Assembly (NCBI GenBank): GCA_040954595.2 | Contig: CM082595.2 | Location: 5,668,137 to 5,732,136, forward strand | DNA: 64,000 nucleotides | Direction of reading: 5' to 3' | Source of the DNA: Balanoglossus misakiensis | Taxonomy: Eukaryota; Animalia; Hemichordata | Shown here: positions 40,501 to 51,689 of the stretch, one piece after another | Position numbering within the stretch: position 1 is the stretch's first letter | How the letters are laid out: each line of letters starts with the position of its first letter | The notes under the pieces: generated by a model | The model's database searches: none | Seen by the model: only the letters and a program-made list of their open reading frames with translations | What the model was told of the DNA's origin: nothing | Program-made: the position numbers and the translations under genes

Positions 40501-43500
40501 GTTGTTCGTATGTGTGAAATATTGCTAACAGCAATTAAGTAGGAACATCTACGTTTACGACAAGAGGTTTTGGTTTTGGTGTCAATTGTAGGCTTTGTAT
40601 TACCAAACAGCAATTTTAACTTTGCCCTTTGTTCTGTATAGATTAACAAATGGTTGCTGGCCATGGGCTTCAGCCTATCTTATGGCACCATGTTTTCTAA
40701 GACGTGGCGGGTGTACAAGATTTTCACAAACAAGACTCCAAAGAAGATGGTATAATTATATTTTCTCATAGCTTTTTTGACATAAGGGTAATCGGTTTTC
40801 TCAAGGACTTGTTATGCATAAATCCGTATTTTGGTTATATGTTCCATCAGTCCAATCACGAATGTAATACATTACATGTACATGTATTTATGGCAAACCT
40901 TCACCATTATTTTTCACTTCCTTTTGCCCTCTCAAGTCCATAAAGGATCAGCAACTGTTTGCTTTGGTTGGTCTGCTCTTGTCGGTGGATGCTGTCATAC
41001 TTTTTCTGTGGTTACTAGTAAACCCTCCTAACGTTTCAGCTCACATCTTTCGCGTTGAGGTAAGTTTTTCAGTGGCAGACTTGTACACAAAAGAGCTTAC
41101 TGAGTTCTTGCTTAATCCTGAAAAATGGTTAAGTTTGTCTCATCGAACTCGCTGGTCTTTAGAACCCTACACACCGGTTGATATAACATTTAAAAAATTG
41201 ACGTCTTTTTGCCAGATATTAAACTTACATGCCATGACTTTTTATGGGTACCATGTACCAATCGTGTACATTTACCTCATTCATTTACATGTCATCATAA
41301 CATGCATTGTGCATAACTAAAATGTGTATTTAAACCTGAGCCCAAGGATATAAAAAAATGTTAAAAACTTTGTGAACAGGTCAACAGCCCCAGAAAACCT
41401 TTGTTGTGTTTAACTAAATCCGCCCATCCATGAATGTCCGTTCTGACACTGAAGTGAACGTTTATATGTATTCCAACAGAAAGAGGCAAGTTTTGAAAAT
41501 GAAGACATCACCATCGAGTCGGAGGAAATCATTTTCAGGTGTTATTCTGATCATAATATGGAATGGTCATTTGCTATATTTGCATATAAAGGGTTGCTCT
41601 TATTGTTCGGTGCCTTCCTAACTTTTCAGACCAGGTAAATGCTCCGAATTATAATTTATTCGATTGGCACAGTTCCCCTTTTTCAGCAATGTATGCATTT
41701 ATATGATATCAAACCAGGCCCTGCAATCATTATTATTTTTCAAGGTAAATCAACTTACAAGTCGAAGAAATACGTTGTCAAGGTATTATATGAATCATTT
41801 TAACATGAGGTCAGCCAGCATCAATATTTTTGAGGGAACTCAATCGTATATAACTGTACATGTAAATGAGTATGGCAGTCTAAAGATTCTATTGGTAATG
41901 TTTTAAAATTAAATTTGACACCTTCTATTGACAGGAATGTAAAGATTGAAGCGTTGAACGACAGTCGCTACGTTGCTTTGTCGGTCTATAACGTGGTTGT
42001 CTTTAGTTTCATCTGCTTGCCAGTGTCCATCGTGCTCCACGACAAACCCCAGGAATCCTACGCTATTGTCTCGTCATTTTTGATATTTTGTACGACAACA
42101 ACGATGCTACTCCTGTTTGGTCCGAAGGTAAGGAGCGAGATTTGTTTTGGGTCAAGAGAAGGCACCCTGAGCAAACCTTAGAGTTGAAACAAGCTGCGTG
42201 TAATTCATTGTTTATGGCTGATGTGAGTTGCACTTTAAAACAGCCAAACCTGAAGAGTTGTTTTTGTAGGAAATGACACAGGCGGCTGTAGTTGCAAAAC
42301 AACAACGAAATGACGAACACTTTGTTGTGGATCGAAGTAATTAACTAAGTGCAGTTCTGATTCACAAAATATAACATTTGTCAGTGGGTTTAATACAAAA
42401 ACGAACAGGAAATGACAGTATAGTCACTACCCCAGGCGAACAATTTGCAGACGCCATTTTCGCGGAGTGAAGCGTAGCTGGGTACATTGAGGCGCTATCA
42501 AAAGATTCAAATTGATAGGTAACGATTGCTAGGGGGAATTTTCACAAATTATTGTTGATTTTGTTAAACATAGGCCAATACAAATCGTATAGATGTAACG
42601 TTTGTGTGTCATAGCTTAATGACACCACGAAATTGTATCTGTCACCTTTCAACTGCAGTTTTATTCCGCAACTTGTTATTATATACACACAATTGAACAT
42701 GTCAACGTTCAGAATCAGTTAACATATGGAAAGAAGAAAACTCAAAGCCTTTAGGCCAATATGCCAGTACAACCCACTCCCTGCCTTGGTCGTTTGTGCT
42801 TCTCCAATAATATTTCTTGACCAATCCTGGGTAAAATTTATCAGTTTACATTTAGAACAAAATTGGAGATTCCATTTTTTTCTTCTGTGCTAATTTCAGA
42901 ATTATAAAAATAAGTATAGGTTCTATATTGTTTAATGTAGTAATCCGCCATTTTGAAATTCAGGCCGACATGTTTAAAACAACTTAGGGTGCCGTAGCAG
43001 TGACCTCCTTAAGTTAGTGCCAATTCCGGAAAAAAATATGGCCGTAGTCAACTATGCTGGGGTACAATGTAATAGGCCTTTACATCCTGGCATTTTGTTG
43101 GTATGAGTTTACAATTTTGAGTTTAAACTCTGGAATAGTCCACCATACAATTTGTGCCCTCTAACTCACCCTAAATTTGATCAAAAGGGTGAGTCTGTGT
43201 TGTATATAACATTGAATAATATATGATTTGTCATACCAACAGAACACCAGTATGTAGGGTCCCCCAGGGGCAATACATTTGGCCTATTGACTACATGCAT
43301 GTAACTACATACTTTGCAATTTTTCTTTTCACTAAAAATCTTTAGATTTTCATGATGTATCGTAGTAGGGTGTTGGTGTTGGACATGCAGCTGCAAGGCC
43401 AAAGAACAGATCTCCCAGTGACGAATAATGCCAGCAAACAGCCTACCTTATGCGTGAATTGCCACAAATTGAACAGAGAAGTACACGAGGTGAAGACACA

Positions 43501-44020
43501 TATTGTTATCATTATGATCATTGTCGAAAGCAAAATATTATTTGAACGTTCTGGTCATTGTGAGATCTTGCGACATTTGGTCAATTACTGTACCAACAGA
43601 ATGCTAGCCAAGCAGGACAAGTGAAACTTTGCTAGACTAGTAAAACAATTATAACCTTTGTGTCATTTAACATGATGGGATGTGTGTTGATTGTTTGTGC
43701 CACATGAAACATCCTCCCAAATAAACAACCTAGCCATACAAGATCTCATATGCTCTATTGGTGTTTGGAAACTGTGTATGGCCAGAGATTGACCCGAGAA
43801 GTATATGAGGTGAAGACACTAATTATTACCATTATGACTATGATTAGTACAGCGATCAACAATTTATTTTTAATTAATTTTATGAAACTATGAGACTAAA
43901 ATGAAGTTAACATGTAAACATGTTCATTGGCTTTATTTACAATGTCTTTATGCCTGTCTGCACATTGTTTTTCAGCTGAAAAAGAGACTTGCAGGATCTG
44001 TCGTGAATGAAGATGAGTGA
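28732..44020 (+). CDS. GABA-B receptor-like class C GPCR (Venus flytrap + 7TM), 18 coding exons, about 781 aa
   Basis: Phase-consistent GT-AG exons: 28732-28965, 34284-34424, 34724-34894, 35435-35536, 35844-35909, 36769-36960, 37389-37518, 37827-37939, 38376-38439, 38723-38812, 39499-39655, 39981-40098, 40642-40749, 40937-41059, 41480-41634, 41935-42127, 43346-43489, 43976-44020 (TGA). Motifs: signal peptide, AAIDHVN..DILADYEL, FPYFFRTHPS, YGSKYVW, YDAIW, GPVSFDRNGER, IKMSSPNLNN, KTWRVYKIF, YKGLLLLFGAFL, LNDSRYVALSVYNV, LFGPK. No cysteine-rich domain between flytrap and TM1 (GABA-B type, not mGluR). GB1 vs GB2 orthology unresolved. Confidence 0.93.
31464..31870 (+). mobile_element. Kolobok-type family copy in GPCR intron 1
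   Basis: aggggaaggttcttctgaactgcacatgtgcga, about 3 units, ends atgggacccatacccgcagccgcc...ctaccctt. Confidence 0.75.
32108..32160. repeat. (CAGA)n microsatellite
   Basis: Direct reading; GPCR intron 1. Confidence 0.9.
34468..34642. repeat. (GAT)n/(GAC)n microsatellite
   Basis: ~175-bp triplet run inside GPCR intron 2. Confidence 0.97.
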
Positions 44021-44374
44021 TGCTAGAAAGTTCCTTCAATCTTTCCCCAATAAATGACTCCATCAGCTACATCAAGGATCCAGGACATGATATAGTTCGA
44101 TATCATAAATGATCATGTCTCATTTAATTGCCATAGATGTTGACGTAAATTTTTATAACACACTACCTTAACCTGGATACCCAACCTCTTTTGGTGAGAA
44201 ACTTGAAAGTGCCTTGACCAGCAATATGTCCACACCTGCACTTTCCTCAACAGTGGAAAATATTTTTTTCTACAAAGGTCACTCATGGGATTGTGAATAT
44301 TTTTGCTGAAACAGCGAGTCTGATTTGTCAAAGATGATTTGCGCCTTGCATATTTTTAACGCCTCTCCTTACAT

Positions 44375-44741
44375 GTTATGGCCCATCGACACTTGTTCAG
44401 GGATACTGTTCAGGGAGACCTATGTCAACCAATACATGTTATCTTAGAGTAGATTGAAAATGTGATAAAAAGAAATTATTTCCCATGATGTACAATGTAA
44501 TACAAAGTAACAATCACATTGTTTGCAATGATGTACATTGTAGCAGTTATGCTACAGTGTAATACAAAGTAACAATCACATTGTTTGCAATGATGTACAT
44601 TGTAGCAGTTATGTTACAATGTAATGCAAAGTAACAACCATATTGTTTGCAATGATATACATTGTATCAGTTAAGCTCTGTGCCTTTGAGTTGCATGGGA
44701 CCCATACCCGCAGCCGCAGACACAACAACCCCTGCCCTGTA
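44375..44741 (+). mobile_element. Kolobok-type family copy downstream of the GPCR stop
   Basis: Near-identical 62-bp units (gtttgcaatg at 44521 and 44583); ends atgggacccatacccgcagccgcag...cctgccctgtaa. Confidence 0.75.
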
Positions 44742-45455
44742 AGACTCTAGATTATAATCTGATTGTCAAAACCATCACAACTTTGGTTACTTATATATTG
44801 TTTTGTCAGTCTGGGTTTCTTTACAGGTGTACATTTTTCTCAGAGGATTTCTACCTCACCGTTTGTATGCACACATACATTTTAGATATACTGACAGTAT
44901 TTATTACACTTACTTTGCCAACTAAACAGGATATAAGATTATCCAGTTATATTTTGATTTGTGCTTGAATATTTATTATGTACAATATTGTTATTTTATA
45001 TTGGAAAAGTTTGTGTCTAAACTGATTATAGACCTTGTACCAAAACTTCTTTGTTCACACTTTGTCATAACAAACTTCTAGCAATGACAGCAATCACTGT
45101 TATATTTTTCTTGGAGTAAGTGTTCTTTAATAAATGCATATCCATTTTAGACATTAACATGGTTTAATTATTCAATGATGTTGTAACCAACACCTTGTGA
45201 ATGTTGTCAAATTGAAAAGGAACCCACAGCCTAACCATTGGTCAGGTTGCAGACTCTGCTGTGTGTAAACAAATTCGCACAAAATTTGTGGTGTTTTAGA
45301 AAACTGATTTCCATTTTTAATTTATGCATGCAAAGCCTGTGTGACATCTACAAAACTAATATGCATATTCACTCTGTCACATTCATGTCTTTCACTGAAA
45401 TTACTTGCAATCATTCCTTATACTTGAGAGCAAATTAATATGAGGATTTGTCATA

Positions 45456-45820
45456 TTAACTCCTTGACTGCCATCAGCCAGTTATTCTATATACCAATCA
45501 CACTATATATCCCTATTTCCTTGTGCCTGGATTATACGGCAAACAAGGTATACTGTAAAACAGGTTATTTTCACGACAGGAAATTTTCGCGATATCAAAA
45601 GACACAACTGTTACGCGAGGATTAATTTTTGTGTTCTTGTATTTCACTAACTGCGTCCTTATCTCCGAAAAACATTTTACGTGACTTTTTATTTCATGTT
45701 TTTTTGGCTCTCGTCTATTTTGCGAAAAATTTATTGCTCGCAAAAATAACCCATTTTACAGTATAGCTATTTAAAATGTTGCAGGAAATTTTCCAGCATT
45801 GTAGGTAGTCAAGGGGTTAA
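45456..45820. mobile_element. piggyBac-type MITE hosting a nested element
   Basis: TTAA|CTCCTTGACTGCC ... GGTAGTCAAGGGG|TTAA (11/13 TIR match). Confidence 0.6.
45551..45763. mobile_element. TA-flanked (Tc1/mariner-type) MITE nested in the piggyBac-type MITE
   Basis: TA|CTGTAAAACAGGTTATTTT ... AAAATAACCCATTTTACAG|TA. Confidence 0.75.
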
Positions 45821-47764
45821 CACCACTGGTATTTTAGTAATAACTGTGACAAAGTTAATAGCAATTTTTTGAAATACAAATAAATTTGCAAATATTCTTA
45901 ACAAATTTTCAACAAAAATCTACAAAAATCTGAAGAAAGGTTTTTTTTTTTTACAGATAATGAATACAAAATACATGTACATTTTTTTCTGGAAATAATA
46001 TTACAAGTTTATGACAAAAGCTATAAAAGTAGCAAAGTATACAAACATTAATACTTCCTGAGAAACAGAAAACTTTAGTCATTTGCATATTACTGCAAGC
46101 ATCTGGTTGACAGACCAATAAAACACTCTTACAAAAATCTCATTGGGTGAGGGGGAAAGACTAAATTCCATCAATAACAGTTGTTTTAAGTCACAAAGTT
46201 GTGAATGACAGAACTTTTTACAAGATAAATACAGCTTTTTCATCATCATTTCAGTTAAAGGTTATCTTGCAACATCAAGCTGTAACATCTTAAATACACA
46301 TAACATGTTGTATTTTTTTTTTACAAAATGATATGCATTTCAAATTTTCACCACACTACAAGAAAAAAATCATATACTCTGTTTTATACAGTAATGTTCT
46401 GGTTAATTGTATCTGTTCAATTTATTCAAAGAGCTTGCAGATCAGTAACACTTGGTCTTTCCAGTTGACCAGATGAAATAATTTCCTACAGGTGTCTACC
46501 CAGCTTTGCCGTTAAAATTCTTTACCTTCCATGCACAGATAAGACGAAATATCAAGTAGGGCTTGTAGGTGTTCTCTAACATGTCCCCTCCACCCAAAAA
46601 CATAACTGCGGCCATCTAAGATGTCCATGCATTCTCTGAGAAACTTGTAACCGGGCTAGTTACACTACCCTATCAGCTGTATTCTCAGTTTCTTTACTTT
46701 GGGAGACAGAGTTCGCAAAACGCAAACAAGCCACTGGCTCTCTCAGTCTATAATTGAGAACACATTGGAAGACATACCTTTACATACTACCAATTATCAT
46801 ATAATCTGCTGAGATCGGATGAAGTGTCTACCAATATGCTACAAACAATAAAAAAACTTTAGTTTGCATATTGTTAATGAAATCTATACTATACATTTAT
46901 TTGTATAGCATATACCTTTGTCATTACCTCACTAAAGTGTTGATGACCAGCTCCATTGCAAACAAGGGATAAGGCACAGAGAAATAACAAGCCAATCCCT
47001 ACATCTGATTTCAATTAGACTGCACCATCCAATACATGAAACTCAAATATAGCCCTGTTAACAAACCAAGGCCCGCCCATGTGTTGATGAAGAGAAAGGA
47101 ACTATAAATACTTGCACAAAAGATTTCTGCAAAGTCAGTATTCAGACTTTCACAGAAAATGCACATTCTATAAATAGACACAAGATCATCAGATTTCAAA
47201 AAGACTTCAACGCATATAAGTTTTTATATGTATATTACACTGATATCCAAAGTTATAGACAGTGGCAGTCATTTCAATTTTGTTTTCATCGCACTACTGC
47301 ACTGTCATTTTGGTCTGTTCACATACCAGGAAAGGTAAATACTTTTTGAGCCACTCAATCTGAAATTATCAAAAATTCCGCAATACATACACAAATATAG
47401 GGTTATGTTGCAGATTGAAGTCAATGGAAACTATACTATTGACCATATTATTTCTTGATATCTTGAAGACCTTTTTCAATTTGAACAGAAAATTCAAAAC
47501 GTTCAGCTAAGAATATGGACTCTTACAGAAAATTTAAATTTCATTTCAGATTTTTAACACTCACAAAAATTATATCATTGGACGTTGAGGGCGATATTGT
47601 GCAAGTTTTCTGACCCATCATTTTGTACATGCCATGCTCCTAGTATTTTTGTCATAGGATATGTCAACTGCACCAACGATGTAAGTAAGTTTTCTTAATA
47701 TGTAGTCTTTAAGTAGCCAAGTCGTCCAGGTTAATGTAAACACAGACCGAAAAACATGAGTACA

Positions 47765-47892
47765 GAGGGCGCTGTATAGTACTAGACTCGCCACTTGAGG
47801 GCACTGTCCACCACTGGCCAATCTCCCCACTTGAGGGCGCTGTATAGTACTAGACTTGCCACTTGGGGGCGCTGTCCACCACTGGCCAATCA
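47765..47892 (+). repeat. Two 68-bp tandem units containing co-oriented CTCF-like motifs
   Basis: gagggcgctg at 47765 and 47833; subunits gccacttgagggcac, cccacttgagggcgc, gccacttgggggcgc. The repeat is certain; CTCF binding is inference. Confidence 0.8.
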
Positions 47893-48142
47893 CAAGCAGA
47901 CAAAGGCAGCCTCTTGCACCATCAACATATAAAACTCTATCAAAGTAATTAGCAAGTATTGATGCTGTCCACTTGCTAACATGAAATATACTTATTAAAC
48001 ACTAACCAAAAATTACATGGTGACAATACCACTGACAGAAAAAAACTGACATTGCAAATCTCCTGTGTATGTGCAATATTAGGTCACCGTACCCCTCATC
48101 TGATCAATATACTGTTATCACGCATTGGAAGACGCTGCCGAC

Positions 48143-51100
48143 TTAAAATGCAAAATACACACAGTTTGTGGCAGTGGCCTTTGAATCAGGGGTAATCTTG
48201 GTTACATCATCCAGCATTCCACCGAACATAATCAGCTCTCCCCGTCCAACCACCAGCGAGTACATGCTTGTCTCTGGCGGTAACCTGACGCTGTTTGCAA
48301 CTATAGTGGGGATTGGTTGTCCATTGGATAATCCCGCTGATTCTGCACTACTGGCTGCCATTGGCTGGTGAAGTGGGGAGCTTGAAACACCTGACCTGTT
48401 GCTCCTGATTGGCTCGCTGGCGGCCGAATCTGAAGGAGATGCAAGGGGAGTTCTGAGTGGTTGCCACGTGACGTAGCCCTCAGTGGCAACGTCTGAGATG
48501 TCCAGTATGTACATTTGCATAGTGTTCCTGGCCAACGCTGCCGAGTTGAACCTCGTCCCTGAATTCCTGCGGAAGTTTTTACGGCAGGGAGAACTGAGCG
48601 TGGCGCCGCCGTCCCGCGCCCCGGGGCTCGCCGATCGGCTGCTCGGCGACTGCCTGAGGCTGTGGCCGTTTTCGGCGATTGCTCCCATGGGTCCATTAGC
48701 CATCAAGTTGGGAGAATGTCGACCCGACGTTCTCCGGTTCTCGTACCTCGGACTGATGGAGTCGTTTTCAGGAATGTCATTTCTCGGTGCGCTTGTACTC
48801 TGAAGAGGTGGGGCTGCAGCTCCTCTTGTCGGAGAGCTGTTATTGCTACTTCTATTGTCTCTGCTGTTGTCTACTCTGTCGTCCCTAAGATCCACTCGTC
48901 CCCTGGGCGGAGGTAGTACTGGCTCGTTGAAGACTCTCGACGAAGAGCTCTCCATGGATATGTCGCTCCTTGTGCGCAAGTGACGGAGTTTGAAGATCCG
49001 GTTGCGCGACGGCGAGCCGAATCCCGCGCCGCTTGTGATACACCGGGAAAAACTGCCGCCGCTGGGCGCGCATGCACCATCTGACGGCGTGGCGCCCAGG
49101 CTGCAGCGGCGGGACATGCCGCCGTGCCCCGGAGAGGCGTCGCGAGACTCGCCGCTGCTCGACCCGCGGTCCCATTCCGCGAAATGCCGGCTGTGGTCGG
49201 GATCCGAGTACGTCCGCACCACGGGCCGGCGGCGCAGACTGCCGTGCCGGGTGTGCACCGGAGACTCCCTGCCTTCCTGGTTCCGCTGCGGCGAGTTGTG
49301 TCTGCGAATGTCCTGCTGCTGCTGGCTGCCTCTGGGCGGAGAGGAGTGATGCCTGTAGGCGTGGGATCGCAGCACTAAGTTGTTTCCCGTGTGAGAGCGT
49401 TGATGCTGGGGTGACGGCTTTAGGGGTATGGAGGGTATACTTGATCTGTTCTTCACATTTTTACTGTACACTATGACACGGTCATCGACCTGGAAGTGGA
49501 CAAACATACAAACATGTAATAAGGAACCATTGCAGATTGTCAAATAAATTCTGCATCTTTATTTTCATGTAGAACGAAACCCCCTTACCCAAGGAAACTT
49601 AATAAGCGCATATTGTTGATGTACCATGGGGTAAAGTTCTATGGATGTACTATAACAATGTTTTGGAAAACAAAGACCAAAGCTTTTTATGTGTTTGGCT
49701 AGGATCGAAACTGACTTGTTTCAGCAGCAGAACAGCAACTTGGGTGCCATTGCTATTACAGACCATCGACTTACCTTGCAAGCTGGATGACACCAAAGTT
49801 GTGGGGCAGCAAAGTCCTCGTTGTACACTTCAACCTCTTGCCACACCCAGGGTATTGTGTCCATTCGCAGCAGCCATGCATCACTAAACATCTGTCAAGA
49901 AAATCAGTTGAGACGATGAAAATCTGCTGACAAGACGATATCCGTTTAATCCCTTCCACCCCTATTTTACTGTATAGAGGTCCAGCACTGCAATAGAGAA
50001 AATGTACTGGACCAAACCATGGTGGTGGAAAGGTTATGGAAATTACTGACAGTACTGGCCCATCATTTGGAATGGATATATTTATTGGTCAGTAGATAGG
50101 GATACATGTCTGTTATAAAAGATTACTGACAAGTCATTAAGCAAATCAGTGATGATTACTAGCATTGTCAGTCAACAAGTAGGTGTTTTCTGACTGATCT
50201 GCTGTGCATTAAGGGTAGATGACTAAGTATCATTCGACAACGTGAGAAGACTGTAATCCAATCAGAGAGGAGTGACAGACTGATCATCCAATCAGAAATA
50301 ATGGAGAAAGTCAGTGTTAGTCATCCTGTTTAACAGAACTAATTGAACTATGACTGCATGCAGATTCACGAAAACAGTGCAAGAAAAAATGGGAACACTT
50401 TTCTTTTTTTAAAATTCAATATTAGCAGAAAGCTGAATCTTACCATGTTAGCACCCCCACACCCTCCAATGACAAGGAGACAACCATCGTTCACAACAAC
50501 CTGTATGAAAAAGACAGGAAAGATGCACTTATCAGCTCACGGAATAGGCAGGAAAGAACTACTTATCAATATCAGCCCACGGAAAAAACACAGGAAAGAT
50601 CTACTTATCGTCCCACGCGAAGCTATAGACGCTACCTGTCAATATGGTGTCAAAATTAATATTTCAAAAGAACGTTAATACTTGTGAATCTCAAGATTAA
50701 CATCTTGGTTTTGAAAATTTGTGATATTCTCATTCAAGTTACGTAAATTGGAAACTGTCAATGTGGTGACGTAAATAATATTTCAAAAGAAAAGAAGGAT
50801 AATACTTGTATGTCTCAAAATAAATATTGGTTTCAAAGACGTGTGATATTCTTATTCATGTGTTCTGAATGTGTTTTAATTCATACAATCATGGTGTTGT
50901 TCGTACCTGGGAATGCCCAAACCTGGGTCTAGGTCTGGCGCCGTCGATTTGAACCAATTCCCACACCATGTCTTGTAAGTCTAACAGCCACACATCATTG
51001 GACCTGCCGTGCAATGAATGTTAACATTAATTAATATAATTAAAGATGAACAATGAATACTAACACAGATGACTGAGGTATGTTCCTACTGGTTGAGGAC

Positions 51101-51689
51101 CAGCAGTCTATTTTTCAATCATTTATCTGAGGATATTTCTATCATAGCTTGCAGTGTATTTGTTAAGGGTGGTACCTGGGTAAAATCTACCAGAGTTCCC
51201 CAGTCATTTTACCGGGGTTCCCCTGGGTGTATCAATGTACTTATATTAGGGGGGTGTAGAAATGTTACCAGGATTCCCAAATCCATTACCAATGTTCCCC
51301 AACCTTAGCAAAAACACTGATAGGGGTGTTGTATTTCTCTGGAAGGGCTACACTGTCATGTTTTATCAAGTCAAAAACTGCATGCAGCTGAAATCACAAC
51401 TATTCTTGCTCAACTAGTGGTACCTACCTTTGGTGTCCGCACAAACCACCGAATATGACCATCTTGTCACCCACAACGCTGGCAGTGTGGCTGGCCACTG
51501 GTGGCGGTGATGGACTAGTCACCAACGCACACCATTTGTTCTCGCTGGGCACGTACATGTGAAGCTCGTTGAAGAGTCGGGGGGCCTGGTGGAGGGGATA
51601 GGGAACAGGAGGTGCCCATCCACCGAATAAGAGGAGGGTGTTCTTGTAGGCCACCATACTGGCACATGCTTTGGGTGATGGGTACATTC
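48143..51689 (-). CDS. FBXO42: F-box only protein 42 (kelch repeats), last five coding exons; 5' exons with the F-box lie beyond the window
   Basis: Phase-consistent exons 51689-51428 (YPSPKACASMVAYKNTLLLFGGWAPPVPYPLHQ), 51003-50907 (SNDVWLLDL...PRFGHSQ), 50500-50444 (LLVIGGCGGAN), 49891-49775 (FSDAWLL...APQLWCHPACK), 49489-48143 (long S/P/R-rich insert, then YILDIS...VTW and PPETSMYSLVVGRGELIMFGG). These match hallmark FBXO42 segments. Confidence 0.92.
49946..50037. mobile_element. Decayed ~90-bp piggyBac-type MITE in an FBXO42 intron
   Basis: ttaatcccttccacccc...aaccatggtggtggaaaggttat; homologous to 57979-58071. Confidence 0.6.
50525..50620. repeat. Imperfect ~40-bp tandem repeat in an FBXO42 intron
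   Basis: acttatc...cacggaa...caggaaaga..tacttatc recurs about 2.5 times. Confidence 0.6.
51152..51319. mobile_element. hAT-like MITE in an FBXO42 intron
   Basis: CAGTGTATTTGTTAAGGGTGG pairs with CCAACCTTAGCAAAAACACTG (18/21); TSD decayed, so superfamily is tentative. Confidence 0.6.

Noticed and set aside
44480-44670. Regularly spaced palindromic repeats resembling a CRISPR array
   Set aside because: No unique spacers, no cas genes, eukaryotic context; it is a transposon-internal minisatellite.
47866-47890. REST/RE1 site
   Set aside because: Only the GGCGCTGTCC half matches; the other half is absent.
48168-49476. Multiple overlapping ORFs on both strands
   Set aside because: Shadows of the GC-rich FBXO42 last exon.
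49490-49543. N-terminal part of the 466-aa ORF
   Set aside because: Intronic; the acceptor ttccag places the exon start at 49489.
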